From assembly GCA_026129095.1 (NCBI GenBank), contig JAHCIT010000008.1, positions 71,021-135,020 of the forward strand: a DNA stretch of 64,000 nt, given 5' to 3'. Below the pieces are notes generated by a model. It ran no database searches and was not told where the DNA came from. It saw only the letters and a program-made list of their open reading frames with translations. A program made the translations under genes and the position numbers. Of the stretch, positions 10,218 to 20,000 are shown in pieces. Position 1 is the first letter of the stretch, and each line of letters opens with the position of its first letter. The stretch comes from Deltaproteobacteria bacterium. Lineage in GTDB: Bacteria > JAGRBM01 > JAHCIT01.

Positions 10218-11443
10218 TATTTCTTTTTCAGCGTGGCGTTGATGATATTCTGGGTCGTATCGACCACCTCAAACTCGAACCCGGGGAATTCGTGCCCGTA
10301 AATCTCCTCGGCAAGATCGGTCGCCGTGCCGCGGCTCACGGTCAGCTCGTAAGTCCGCTGGCTACCCTCGACCGGACGGTCGGCAATTGCCGTGATCTTC
10401 GACGAGGAGTTCCGAAGCTCCTTCTTGAAAGCCACCCAGTCCCCGAACCTCATGTTCTGGAATTTGATGACCAGATTCACGCTGCCATCCTGCGTCAGTG
10501 CCCGGATGATCTTGGGCATCAGGACCGCCGCGGACTCTGTACCCATCTTTTTCAGGAGATTCTCGCCCGCCGTGGCGGCACTGATATGCGGGGAGCCGGT
10601 ACCGCTGCGTGTTTCCGACGCGATAATCTTGCCCGTATCGGTGTGCACCACCTTGATGGAAAGGCCGCCCGAAACAGTATGCAGCGGGGTACCCGGTATC
10701 TGGTTGCCCGCCTTCGAAAAGGCGTTGCCGTAAATCACGATCTCGGCCTTGGTCAGTTCGCCCAGCTTCTTGGCCTGCGCATCCGTGATATCGGCCGCCC
10801 CGATGGCGCCCACCACCGCGATCTGCTTGCTCACCGTCTGGGGATCGATCATCGGAAAGCCGTTGTCCGTAAGCACCTGGGTCATGGAGTTTTCGACGGT
10901 GCCCATGGAAATCGACTCAACGAGGGCCCGGCCGCCCCGGTTCGCGCTTTCGACTGCCGCTGTCGTGTCGCCGACGTTCTGTTCCTTGAGGAAGATCATC
11001 GTGCGGGGCTTGTTCGAGTTCTTCACCAGATAGATATCCACCATGTCACGGATCGAATCCTGCAACACCTTCGTGGATACCCGCGCCCTGATCGTTACCT
11101 TGTAGGCGCCATCGCCTGACGGCGCTTCACTCACGATTTCGTAGTTCTGCACGAACCCCTTCGACTGAGAGTAGATTTCGTCCCGGACAAGCTCGAAGTC
11201 CCGCATCTCGCTTTCGGACCGGACGACGATGCCGACCACCTGTTCGACGGCATTCCGGAAGGCCGCCTGAAGGGCGCGATCCCTGGCAACCGCAACATTG
11301 TCCCCTTCCAGCACCGATTCACCCGTAACGGTCACTTCCCTGACCGGGTCTTCCTGGGCCTGGAGCGGAAACGCCGCGGCCAGGATGCCGAACAGGGCAG
11401 ACACCAGTATCCCCTTGATCCAGAGGCCAGGCTTGACGGACAT
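10217..11443 (-). CDS. Exported protein with FlgT N-terminal-like domain and CsgG/FlgT-middle-like domain
   Basis: ATG 11443 with GGGAG RBS; signal peptide; ARDRALQAAFRNAVEQVVGIVVRSES..DEIYSQSKGFVQNYEIV..YKVTIRARV (FlgT_N-like); AKKLGELTKAEIVIYG (CsgG-like). Confidence 0.7.
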   Translation of the reverse strand: MSVKPGLWIKGILVSALFGILAAAFPLQAQEDPVREVTVTGESVLEGDNVAVARDRALQAAFRNAVEQVVGIVVRSESEMRDFELVRDEIYSQSKGFVQNYEIVSEAPSGDGAYKVTIRARVSTKVLQDSIRDMVDIYLVKNSNKPRTMIFLKEQNVGDTTAAVESANRGGRALVESISMGTVENSMTQVLTDNGFPMIDPQTVSKQIAVVGAIGAADITDAQAKKLGELTKAEIVIYGNAFSKAGNQIPGTPLHTVSGGLSIKVVHTDTGKIIASETRSGTGSPHISAATAGENLLKKMGTESAAVLMPKIIRALTQDGSVNLVIKFQNMRFGDWVAFKKELRNSSSKITAIADRPVEGSQRTYELTVSRGTATDLAEEIYGHEFPGFEFEVVDTTQNIINATLKKK

Positions 11444-11547
11444 GTTCTTTTCTCCCCTCAACATGCGGCGGGCGGAGCCCCACCTGCTTCACAGGACTGG
11501 CGAACTCCGCCCGGCGCGCTGGCCACCCCGCAAGGGGCGGTCCGCTA

Positions 11548-12735
11548 TCAGTAGTAGGCGCCCAGGACCGAGGTCTTGAGCTGCCGGATGGCAAGCAGGG
11601 CGGTGGCGCCGTTGACCGGATCATTCGGGCCGAAATAGCCCTTGGCGAAATCCTTGAGCTTCAGGATATCCCGGGAATGGGCAACCACGATGGCATTGTA
11701 GTACGGGCTATCGCTCCGCACGTCATCAAACTTGGAGTTTTCCCCGATGAACTTGGTTTCCAGTTCCGTGTCGTTCAGGGCCCGGACGAGAATATCCTGG
11801 ATCATGAACGCGAACTCGGCCTTGGTCACCGGCTTCTCGGGGTCAAACTTGCCCTCGATCAGTTCCAGACCCTTCACGTTGAGATCCAGAACCTCGCGGA
11901 TGCTCGATTCGAGCGGATGACCGGCCACATCCGGAATGGGAGCAGGCTTTTCCTGCCTGGCTTTCGCAGCAGCCAGCTGCTTGGGGTCCTTGAACGAAAG
12001 GTCCGGTTTCCTGGTCTTCTCGAAGAGCCGCTTCAGGTCCAGTTCGGACGTGAACAGGGCAGCAACATCCGACCGCGAAATCTCTTCCTTGATGGCGACC
12101 TGCTTGCCAACCGGCGAGCCAGGCATGGCCATCTCGATCTCGCCCATCTTCTGCCACTCGCGGGTGGCCGACTCGGTGAAGAACTTGGCCGACTTGTCGC
12201 TGTCTATGGACTGGCGGAACGAATCCTTGGCACGGGTGAAATCGAATGCCGCCCGGTAGGCAATGCCCATCCAGTAATAGGCGTCGGGCTGGTCCTTGTT
12301 CGCCTTGACCGCCTTGTCGTAATACTCCTGTGCCGTGGCCAGCCATTCCCCGCCGCCCAGATGCGTATGCACCCGGATGGCATTCACATGGCCGTCATAC
12401 AGGCAGTCGCGGGCCTTGCCGCAGGCGGCGAGTCCCTTTTCAAGGATATCCTTTGCCTTGGCATCGCGGTTCGATGCCATGATGACCGCCCGCAGCGTGA
12501 GCGCAGGCCCGAAGTTCGGGTTCAGTTCGAGGGCCTTGCCGACTGACTTGTCCGCCTCGGCCGCATCGCCACGGAACATCAGGTCACGGGCACGCCGCAC
12601 ATGCGAATCGGGGTTGTCCATCACCCCCACCGATTCGCGCGGCTTCGTCTTGTCGCCGCATCCTGCCAGCAGGACGACACCCACCAGCGTTGCCGCCATC
12701 CATCGGCCCGACCGTTTGCTTGTGCTCATCATCAT
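11548..12735 (-). CDS. TPR + S-layer homology (SLH) domain lipoprotein
   Basis: Lipobox LLAGC; TPRs (KALELNPNF, DAYYWMGIAY); SLH-like repeats DVAGHPLESSI..FDPEKPVTKAEFA and FDDVRSDSPYYNAI..FGPNDPVNGATA. Confidence 0.8.
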   Translation of the reverse strand: MMMSTSKRSGRWMAATLVGVVLLAGCGDKTKPRESVGVMDNPDSHVRRARDLMFRGDAAEADKSVGKALELNPNFGPALTLRAVIMASNRDAKAKDILEKGLAACGKARDCLYDGHVNAIRVHTHLGGGEWLATAQEYYDKAVKANKDQPDAYYWMGIAYRAAFDFTRAKDSFRQSIDSDKSAKFFTESATREWQKMGEIEMAMPGSPVGKQVAIKEEISRSDVAALFTSELDLKRLFEKTRKPDLSFKDPKQLAAAKARQEKPAPIPDVAGHPLESSIREVLDLNVKGLELIEGKFDPEKPVTKAEFAFMIQDILVRALNDTELETKFIGENSKFDDVRSDSPYYNAIVVAHSRDILKLKDFAKGYFGPNDPVNGATALLAIRQLKTSVLGAYY

Positions 12736-12828
12736 GATCTCCTTGGCTTCCCCCTGAATATTTCCGTACTCTTGCTAAAGGGCTGTGGCACCGTTTCCCT
12801 GCCTCCGGCGCCGCCCATACCGTTGCGT

Positions 12829-13695
12829 CTACAGGACAATCACCACCCGGCAATGGGTGAGGAAACTCTGGTGCTGGATGATCTGGTTCAGCCGGGCGGC
12901 ATCCGCCGCCGAGAGCACCACGTCAGCCGACTTGTCGCCCTGCTTGCCCTTGGCCTTGATGACGAGGGGCGAAGCACCCACGCGATCGTTGGCACGGGCC
13001 GTGGCGACATCGCGGGCATAGCCGACGAGCCCCATCTGCAGCGCATATTCACGGCTGACCGTAGCGGCCGAATAGAGCACAGCGCCGTTTTCATCCAGAA
13101 CCTGAGGACTCATGGCCGGACGGACGCCCAAGCCAGTCGCATCAATAATCAGACCCGTATAAACCTGGCCGTCAATTGCGGGAGCCGGAGAGCCGGGCGC
13201 AACTTCCGGGGGAACGGCCGAACCCAGTTCCTTGGGCATCAGTATCTCCGCCAGTTCGCCCATGATCGGCACTTCGATGAACACCGACACGCCGGTATCA
13301 CTCTGGTAGGTCGTGTCGACCACGATGGCGCCCTGAATCACGCCGTTGACTTCGGCCTTGACCGTGTCGCTGGTCAGCATGAAGTCCTCGACCGTGCTCG
13401 ACGACGTGATCGCCACGCCCTTCACCACTTCAAGGGCATTGCGGAGGGCGTCCATCTTGGCAGCCCGCTCGGCGGCGATCCGGGCCTGGGCCGGGTTCGT
13501 GTGCTTCGGGTTCGGAGCAGCCTGCCCCTTCACCTTCATCTTGAGAATCGTCCAGTTTATATCGCCCTTTTCGGTCTTCTGGATGTATTCCCCAGCCTTG
13601 GAAATCTGGGTCTGCTGGGCCTGCGCCGGAACGATCAGGGCAGCCGCCGTAAAGGCGGCGGCGATCAGGGCCCTACGAGTGAAAATCGGAAACAT
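12829..13695 (-). CDS. LPP20-family-like exported protein (short paralogue, 288 aa)
   Basis: ATG 13695 with GGGGAG RBS; signal peptide ..PAQA; INWT..AERAAKMDALRNALEVVKGV; C-terminal YTGLIIDATGLG..PAMSP..GLVGY domain. Confidence 0.75.
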   Translation of the reverse strand: MFPIFTRRALIAAAFTAAALIVPAQAQQTQISKAGEYIQKTEKGDINWTILKMKVKGQAAPNPKHTNPAQARIAAERAAKMDALRNALEVVKGVAITSSSTVEDFMLTSDTVKAEVNGVIQGAIVVDTTYQSDTGVSVFIEVPIMGELAEILMPKELGSAVPPEVAPGSPAPAIDGQVYTGLIIDATGLGVRPAMSPQVLDENGAVLYSAATVSREYALQMGLVGYARDVATARANDRVGASPLVIKAKGKQGDKSADVVLSAADAARLNQIIQHQSFLTHCRVVIVL

Positions 13696-13854
13696 GCTGT
13701 TCTCCCCTATGCTGAGGTCCTCAGCGGTAATCCTCATGTGATTTGGCGAGCTTAGGAGGGCATTCATGAACTGGTCAAGCTGCCTCTTCGCCCGGTTCAA
13801 TTCCTTTACGAACCCCTACATACTCCAAAGATCACGGCGAGCCCGTGTCCTGCA

Positions 13855-15504
13855 TCACCGTTTTTCCAGAATTACGTTCAACTGGTACGACGTTTTACCC
13901 GGCTCCACGGCGAGATCCTGATTCCAGTCGCGGTATCCATCGGCCCGGACGCTGATCTTGTGGGTGCCTACCCCCGCTCCGATCAGGCGGAATCCGCCGT
14001 CGCTGCCCACCGGCTTCGGAGTCCCGCGGGCTCCCTTCCAGAGGATCACCCGCGCCGACGGGACCGGCGAGCCAGACTTGTCCTTCACCGTCCCCTGGAG
14101 CACCGCTCCGGGCTTCAGTCCCAGCTTCAATTCGCGCTGGTCACCCGCCTTGACCACCACCTTCTCCTCGGCGGTGGCGTAGCCCGGAATGGACACGGCC
14201 AGCGTGTATTCAACTCCCGGTTCAAGTCCGCCCAGCACGATCCGGCCGTCGTCATCAAACATCTGGCCGGTGCCGCGGCTCCCCTGCCAGAGGAACACTT
14301 CCGCATCCGCAAGTGCGGAGCGCGGCGGACGCGGGTTCAGGTCCACCACGACACGGGCGCCGATCTTCAGGGTAATATCGTTCCTGAGTACCTGACGGGC
14401 CGCCACGGTGATCTCCATGTCCGTTTTCGAATAGCCGTCGGCTTCCAGGGTCACACGGTAGGCCCCCGGCGCCAGCCCCGTGAGCGAGTACCGGTTGCGG
14501 TTGAAGCGGGTGACGGTCCCCCGGGTGCCTTCCCACAGAATGATCTTGCCCGACTCGACGAAGTTTCCGAGGCTGTCCTTCACCATCCCGAAAGCGCTCG
14601 CCGCCTGCTGGGGCCGTGTCGCACGGCCAAGTATCTTGTTCTTCGGCTGCGGATAGGCGTCGATGGGAAAAGTCGTGTTCTCTTCCTCAACCACCGTGTA
14701 CGTGACGCCCATGTCCACGTTCAGCGTCGCCTCGCCGATCTGCGCCTGCTGCCCGTAGTGTCCGCCGATGTACCGGACGATGTGATAGGGATCGACGAAA
14801 TTCTTGGAATACTCGCCGTCGGTAAAGGCCCAGCCCGCGTCGGGATAAAAAATCTCGCTCCACGCGTGGTAGCCGCCACCCGACGTTTTCACGCCCCAGT
14901 AGTTTTTGGAAATGCCCCAGTCGTATCCGACCGGTAGGTAGCCACCCACGTACCGGGCCGGTATCCCCACGGACCGGAGCATCGCCACCGTCAGTGTGGA
15001 GTAGCCAACACATGAACCCCGCCGCGTCTGGATCACGCTCAGGGCGTCCTGCTGGACCGACGGCGATGCATCGTAGGTAAGCGTGTCACGCACCCAGTCA
15101 GATATCCGTTCAGCGGCTTCGAGGACGGTTTTTGCACCGGCGGTCACCTCCCGCGCGCGGGAGGCGATCGCGGGATGTCCGGTCTGTATGCGGTCCTCAG
15201 GGCCCATAAACTTGCGTACATCGGCCCGAAGCTGGTCCGCCGGGAACGGAAACGGAGACTTCGACACCAATGGGTCCAGCTTCGCTTCCACCAGGAGTTG
15301 CACCGTGTAAGGATCCGGCTTCTGGAGAACCTTCAGCCGGTAGGAATTGTTCTCGTAATCCCGGAGTTCCTCGACACCCGTCACACTCACGATGTCGTAG
15401 ACAATGCGGTGCTTGCCGGTCAGGACTTCCGTCTCGGCGCGGACGGACGAAGCGGCGGAAAACAGCGCGAGAACTGCCAGAAGGAACGCTCGCCGGACTG
15501 CCAT
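13855..15504 (-). CDS. Exported transglutaminase-like (Cys-His-Asp) protein with three carboxypeptidase-regulatory-like beta-sandwich repeats
   Basis: ATG 15504 overlaps upstream TGA; signal ..SSVRA; RGSCVGYSTLTVAMLRSVGIPARYVGG, YHAWSEIF, GWAFTD; three repeats with LWxGxRGT..GY. Confidence 0.85.
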   Translation of the reverse strand: MAVRRAFLLAVLALFSAASSVRAETEVLTGKHRIVYDIVSVTGVEELRDYENNSYRLKVLQKPDPYTVQLLVEAKLDPLVSKSPFPFPADQLRADVRKFMGPEDRIQTGHPAIASRAREVTAGAKTVLEAAERISDWVRDTLTYDASPSVQQDALSVIQTRRGSCVGYSTLTVAMLRSVGIPARYVGGYLPVGYDWGISKNYWGVKTSGGGYHAWSEIFYPDAGWAFTDGEYSKNFVDPYHIVRYIGGHYGQQAQIGEATLNVDMGVTYTVVEEENTTFPIDAYPQPKNKILGRATRPQQAASAFGMVKDSLGNFVESGKIILWEGTRGTVTRFNRNRYSLTGLAPGAYRVTLEADGYSKTDMEITVAARQVLRNDITLKIGARVVVDLNPRPPRSALADAEVFLWQGSRGTGQMFDDDGRIVLGGLEPGVEYTLAVSIPGYATAEEKVVVKAGDQRELKLGLKPGAVLQGTVKDKSGSPVPSARVILWKGARGTPKPVGSDGGFRLIGAGVGTHKISVRADGYRDWNQDLAVEPGKTSYQLNVILEKR

Positions 15505-16967
15505 CAGTTGAACACCACCATGACGCGGGCGTTCTTGAGATAGGGGTTCTTGCGGTCGGTTGCAGAAACGACCTTCGCATCGCCGCCGGACACCACAAGA
15601 TCGGACTTCTGGGTACCAGCAGCCTGCACGCCTTTCACCAGCACCGGATCGCTCGCCACGCGGATGTGCCGGGAAGCCGCGCCAACGTCGCGGGCGTATC
15701 CCACCAGCCCCGACCGGGTGGCGTTTTCGACCTCGACGACCTGGGTACTGTACACGTCGCTTCCCGTATCCGAATAGATACGCGGCACCAGCGCGGGCTT
15801 GAGCCCAAGCCCGCGGGCATCCACCACCAGCCCGGACCACTGAACGTCCGAGCTGGAATCCACCGGCTTGCTGTCGGCCGTGGTGGCAGTTGTGGCCAGT
15901 CCGGCAACCGCCGCACCAGCGACGGCGCCACCCGCAGCCGCACCGGCCGCCACGGCACCGTCGGGACCGGTAGAGCCACCAGCCGGCGGCACCGCGGGAG
16001 CGGCCGCCGGGGCCTTCAGCGCGTCAGCCTCCAGCCGCTTGATCTCGGCCACCCGGCGTTCTTCCTCGAGTGCCCTTTCCTTCATCTCCTGGTCCAGAAG
16101 CTCCCGCTGGCGGGCGGCATCGGCTGCACGCCGCTGTTCTTCCTCGGCTTTTATCCTCTGCTGCTCGCGCTGGTATTCGGCTTCCTTGGCCTTCTGTTCG
16201 GCGGCCTTGCGCTCGGCTTCTGCCACCTTTTTCACCTCGGCGTCCTGGCGGGCCTTGTCAGCCTCGGACTTCAGCCGTTCTTCCTCGATCCTGAGCTGGC
16301 GGGCCTTCTCTTCGGCCTCTTTCTGCGCCTTCAGCGCCGCTTCCTGGCGGGCGCGGATTTCTGCCGCCTCGGCGTCCTTCCGGGCCTGGTACTCGGCCGA
16401 ATCCCGGCGGAGCCGGTCCAGCGTTCGCTCGTAGGCATCACGGGCAGCGCCCGAAGGCAGACGGCTTTCGAATTCGTCCACCTTCAGGCCCGACGGCGGA
16501 CGCCGCAAATGGCGGCCAGCCTCGCGCTGGAGCACCGCCAGCATCTCGCCCGTCAGCGGCATCTCCATCGTCACCACCACCCGGTCATTGTGGTAGGCGG
16601 TGTCCACCCGCATGGCCCCCTTCACCACGCCTTCGAGCGTCACCATGATCCGGTCGTTCAGGAGCGCGTAGTCGCGCATGGTCGCCTCGCTCGTCACGCG
16701 GACACCCTTGGCCATCTCCAGCAGCCGGCGGGTGGCATCCACCTGCGCCGCACGTTCGGCCCCGATCCGCGCCTGGGCGGGATTGAGGTGCTTCGGATTC
16801 GGGAGGCCTTCGCCCCAGGCCCGCACGGTCATCTTCGTCCAGTTGATCTCGCCGTGCTCGAACTTCTCCACAATGTCGGCCCCCCCTGCCTGGGCAAATG
16901 ACCCGGACGGGAATGACAGCAGGAAAGCGAGCCCCAGCCACAAAGGCACTCTGGAAATACGGCGCAT
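15504..16967 (-). CDS. LPP20-family-like exported protein (long paralogue) with central E/K/R/A-rich helix
   Basis: Signal ..GSFA; N- and C-terminal domains align by eye with 12829-13695; centre is a charged TolA-like helix plus an Ala/Pro/Gly-rich linker. Confidence 0.75.
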   Translation of the reverse strand: MRRISRVPLWLGLAFLLSFPSGSFAQAGGADIVEKFEHGEINWTKMTVRAWGEGLPNPKHLNPAQARIGAERAAQVDATRRLLEMAKGVRVTSEATMRDYALLNDRIMVTLEGVVKGAMRVDTAYHNDRVVVTMEMPLTGEMLAVLQREAGRHLRRPPSGLKVDEFESRLPSGAARDAYERTLDRLRRDSAEYQARKDAEAAEIRARQEAALKAQKEAEEKARQLRIEEERLKSEADKARQDAEVKKVAEAERKAAEQKAKEAEYQREQQRIKAEEEQRRAADAARQRELLDQEMKERALEEERRVAEIKRLEADALKAPAAAPAVPPAGGSTGPDGAVAAGAAAGGAVAGAAVAGLATTATTADSKPVDSSSDVQWSGLVVDARGLGLKPALVPRIYSDTGSDVYSTQVVEVENATRSGLVGYARDVGAASRHIRVASDPVLVKGVQAAGTQKSDLVVSGGDAKVVSATDRKNPYLKNARVMVVFN

Positions 16968-16988
16968 TAACGGGAACCTCCGGGCGGC

Positions 16989-17030
16989 AGTCTAGCAGAC
17001 GGCCACCCTGCATCAATGAGAGCTGCATCA
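16989..17030 (-). promoter_or_regulatory. Putative sigma70 promoter of the envelope cluster with TGATGCAG direct repeat
   Basis: Minus strand TTGATG-N16-TAGACT (extended TGn); CTGCATCA at 17008-17015 and 17023-17030. Confidence 0.4.
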
Positions 17031-17056
17031 CATAGGAAAGCGATTGCCGGGGCGCG

Positions 17057-20000
17057 TCAGGACCGGCGGCGCCATTCAGGGCCGGACTGCTCGGAGACAT
17101 AGTTGCGCTCGGGCACGGTCACGCGGAGTCCGAATTCAGGGTAGTGGGTCCGGACGAATTCGAGAAACCCCGGTGCGGTCGGAACCGACACATCGGAAGG
17201 GAGCTGCGCTTCAAGCCGGCGGCCATCGCCGAGCTTCAGCTCGATCACAACCGACGCATCCCCCCGGTGGCGGCGCAGATCCCCCATCAGCCGTTCGGCG
17301 CGGCCCCGTTCCCACTTTGACCGGTCCACGGAAAGCACCACCCGCTCGCCGTATTTCTCGAGGAACTGTCCGTAGTCCAGGACATCGCTGGCCCGGATTT
17401 CCACGGTCTTGGTGCGCGGGCGCATGGCCTCGTCCTGCATGTCGGTATCGGCAGGAAGCTCTTCCTCTTCCTTCGATACCGTACCGACCAGAAGGAAGGG
17501 CTCGGTCACGCGCAGGGGACCGCGGTCCATGCCGGCAGCTTTCGCGCCATTGCCATTCCCGTCGCCTGGCTCCGGCGACACGCCGGTTTCCGGAGCCGGA
17601 ATCCCGGCCGGAGCGGCGGCCGGTTCCGGAGCGCCATAGAGATTCACCTGAATGCGTGACCAGGTATCCGCTGACAGAAACACGTTCAGCACACCAGTGG
17701 GGTCTTCAAACCGCGCCTTGGCATACAGGTCGCCCTTCTTGTTCCGCTTCTCGGCGATCTCTGTGCAAAGCGCCAGCACCCGCACCGGTGTCCGGTCGCT
17801 CAACTCCAGCACCTCGGCGATGGTGTGGGTACGGTATGGGGCGAACTGCGCCTCGACTTCACGGAGCGGATGGTCCGTCAGGTAGACACCCAGAACCTGA
17901 CGCTCGCGCTGGAGCTTTTCCCGTTTGGGCCACTCATCCGCCTCAGCGTATTTTTCCTGCACTGCGAGGGCAGCCGAACCGCCAAACAGCCCGCCCTGCC
18001 CCACTTCGCGGTCGTGCCGGTCGGACTCGGAGGCGGCTATGGCCGGTTCGAGTGATTCGTACAGCTGGCGGCGGGGCCGCCCGAAGCTGTCCATCGCCCC
18101 GCATTCGATGAGCGCCTCGAACACCTTGCGGTTCACCCGGCGGGTATCGACCCGGGCAGTAAGGTCATACAGGCTGCGGAACCGGCTTTCCTTCTGACGC
18201 GCCTCGATCACGGCTGTTGCCGCCTGTGCTCCCACCCCCCTGAGCCCGTGCATTCCGAAACGGATCTTCTTGCCTGTGGCGGCGAACTCCAGTTCGCTTT
18301 CATTCACGTCGGGCGGAAGCACCTCAATTCCCATGCGGCGGCACTCGTTGATGTTCTTGAGCGTCTTGTTCTGGCCGTCCTGCCCCCGGGCTTCGATGGT
18401 AAGCAGCGCCGCCATGAACTCCACCGGATAGTTCGCCTTGAGATAGGCCGTCTGGTAGGCGACGAAGGCGTAGGCGACCGAGTGCGACTTGTTGAAGCCG
18501 TAGTTGGCGAACTTGGCGATCAGGTCGGCCAGTTCCCTCGACTTCGCCCGGTCAAACCCCCGCTCGGCGGCAAGCTTGACGAACAGTTCGCACTGCTCGG
18601 CAACGGCCTTCTGGTCCTTCTTGCCGATGGCGCGGCGAAGCAGGTCGGCCTGTCCGAGATCCATCCCGCAGATGACCTGGCAGATCTGCATGATCTGTTC
18701 CTGGTAGACGATGATCCCCTGCGTGGGGCCGAGAATCGGCTCCAGCTCCGGAAAGAGGTAGGTCGTCCGCCGGCGGCCGAACTTGCGGTCGGCAAACTCG
18801 GGGATGTTGTCCATCGGACCCGGCCGGTAGAGCGCGAGCACGTCGGAAATCTCGGCGATGGACCGGGGCTGGAGCTGGACGACGGCATTCTTCATCCCCT
18901 CCGATTCGATCTGGAAAATCCCCACGCTGTCGCCACTACTGATGACATCGAACGTCCTGGGGTCATCCATCGGGATGTCGTATATCGAAAAGTCCGGCTT
19001 GTGGTTCTTCCGGATGGCGCGCTCGGCGTAATGGATAAGGGTCAGCGTCTTGAGGCCCAGGAAATCGAACTTGATGAGGCCGATCTTCTCGACGCCCTTC
19101 ATGTCGAACTGGGTGACGACATCCTCGCCCTTGACGAGAGACAGCGGCAGGTAGTCGGTCAGGTCGCGGTCGGCGATCACCACACCGGCGGCGTGCTTGG
19201 ATGCCTGCCGGTAGAGGCCTTCCAGCGTGCGGGCCAGTCCCATCAGGTCGGTCAGTTCCGGGCGCTGGGCGATCTTCTCCTTCAGCCGCGGCTCCACGCG
19301 GAGCGCGTCCTCCAGTTTCACGTCCAGCGGGTTTTCCTTCTCGGGAATCCGGAGGGGAATGAGACCCGCGATCTGGTTCACCTCATGGAGCGGGATATCG
19401 AGCACACGGCCCACGTCCCGGATGACGGCTTTGGCCTTCAGCTTGCCGTAGGTGATGATCTGCGCCACCCGGTCCCGCCCGCCGTATTTCTCCGAGACAT
19501 AGGTGATGACCTCCCCGCGCCGCTCTTCGCAGAAGTCCATGTCGATATCGGGCATGGATTTGCGCTGCGGGTTCAGGAACCGTTCGAACAGCAGGTCATA
19601 CGGGATCGGATCGACGTCGGTGATATCCAGGGCCCAGGCGGCAAGGCTCCCGGCGGCCGATCCCCGGCCCGGCCCCACCGGTACACCCCTCTGCTTGGCA
19701 TACCGGGTGAAATCCGAGACGATCAGGAAATAGCCGGCAAACCCCATCTCGCGGATCACGCGGGTTTCGTATTCGAGCCGCTCGCGGTACCGGTCGCGGC
19801 TGGCCGGATCCAGCTTCCGGCCGAGCTGTTCCAGGCGGCCCAGACGGGAATCGAGGCCCTCCCGGGCGCACTTCTCGAAATAGTCCTCCGCCGTCACGCC
19901 GTCCGGACAGGAAAACGTCGGTGGGTGATAACCCTTCAGGTTGAACTCGAAGTTGCAGCGGCTGGCAATCTCCAGGGAGTTGGCCACCGCCTCCGGGCAG

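Noticed and set aside
11465-11545. Intergenic hairpins (CGGGCGGAG...CTCCGCCCG; CCCC-GCAA-GGGG) as ncRNA or REP
   Set aside because: No second copy noticed and no known RNA motif; likely an mRNA stability or pausing element.
13696-15840. Track starts at 13800 and 15840
   Set aside because: Extensions precede clear signal peptides or overlap the upstream gene; starts moved to 13695 and 15504.
15900-16450. Repetitive DNA resembling a tandem array or CRISPR
   Set aside because: Imperfect codon-level repetition of an Ala/Glu/Lys-rich helix; no constant repeat-spacer structure. The same applies to 36330-36440.
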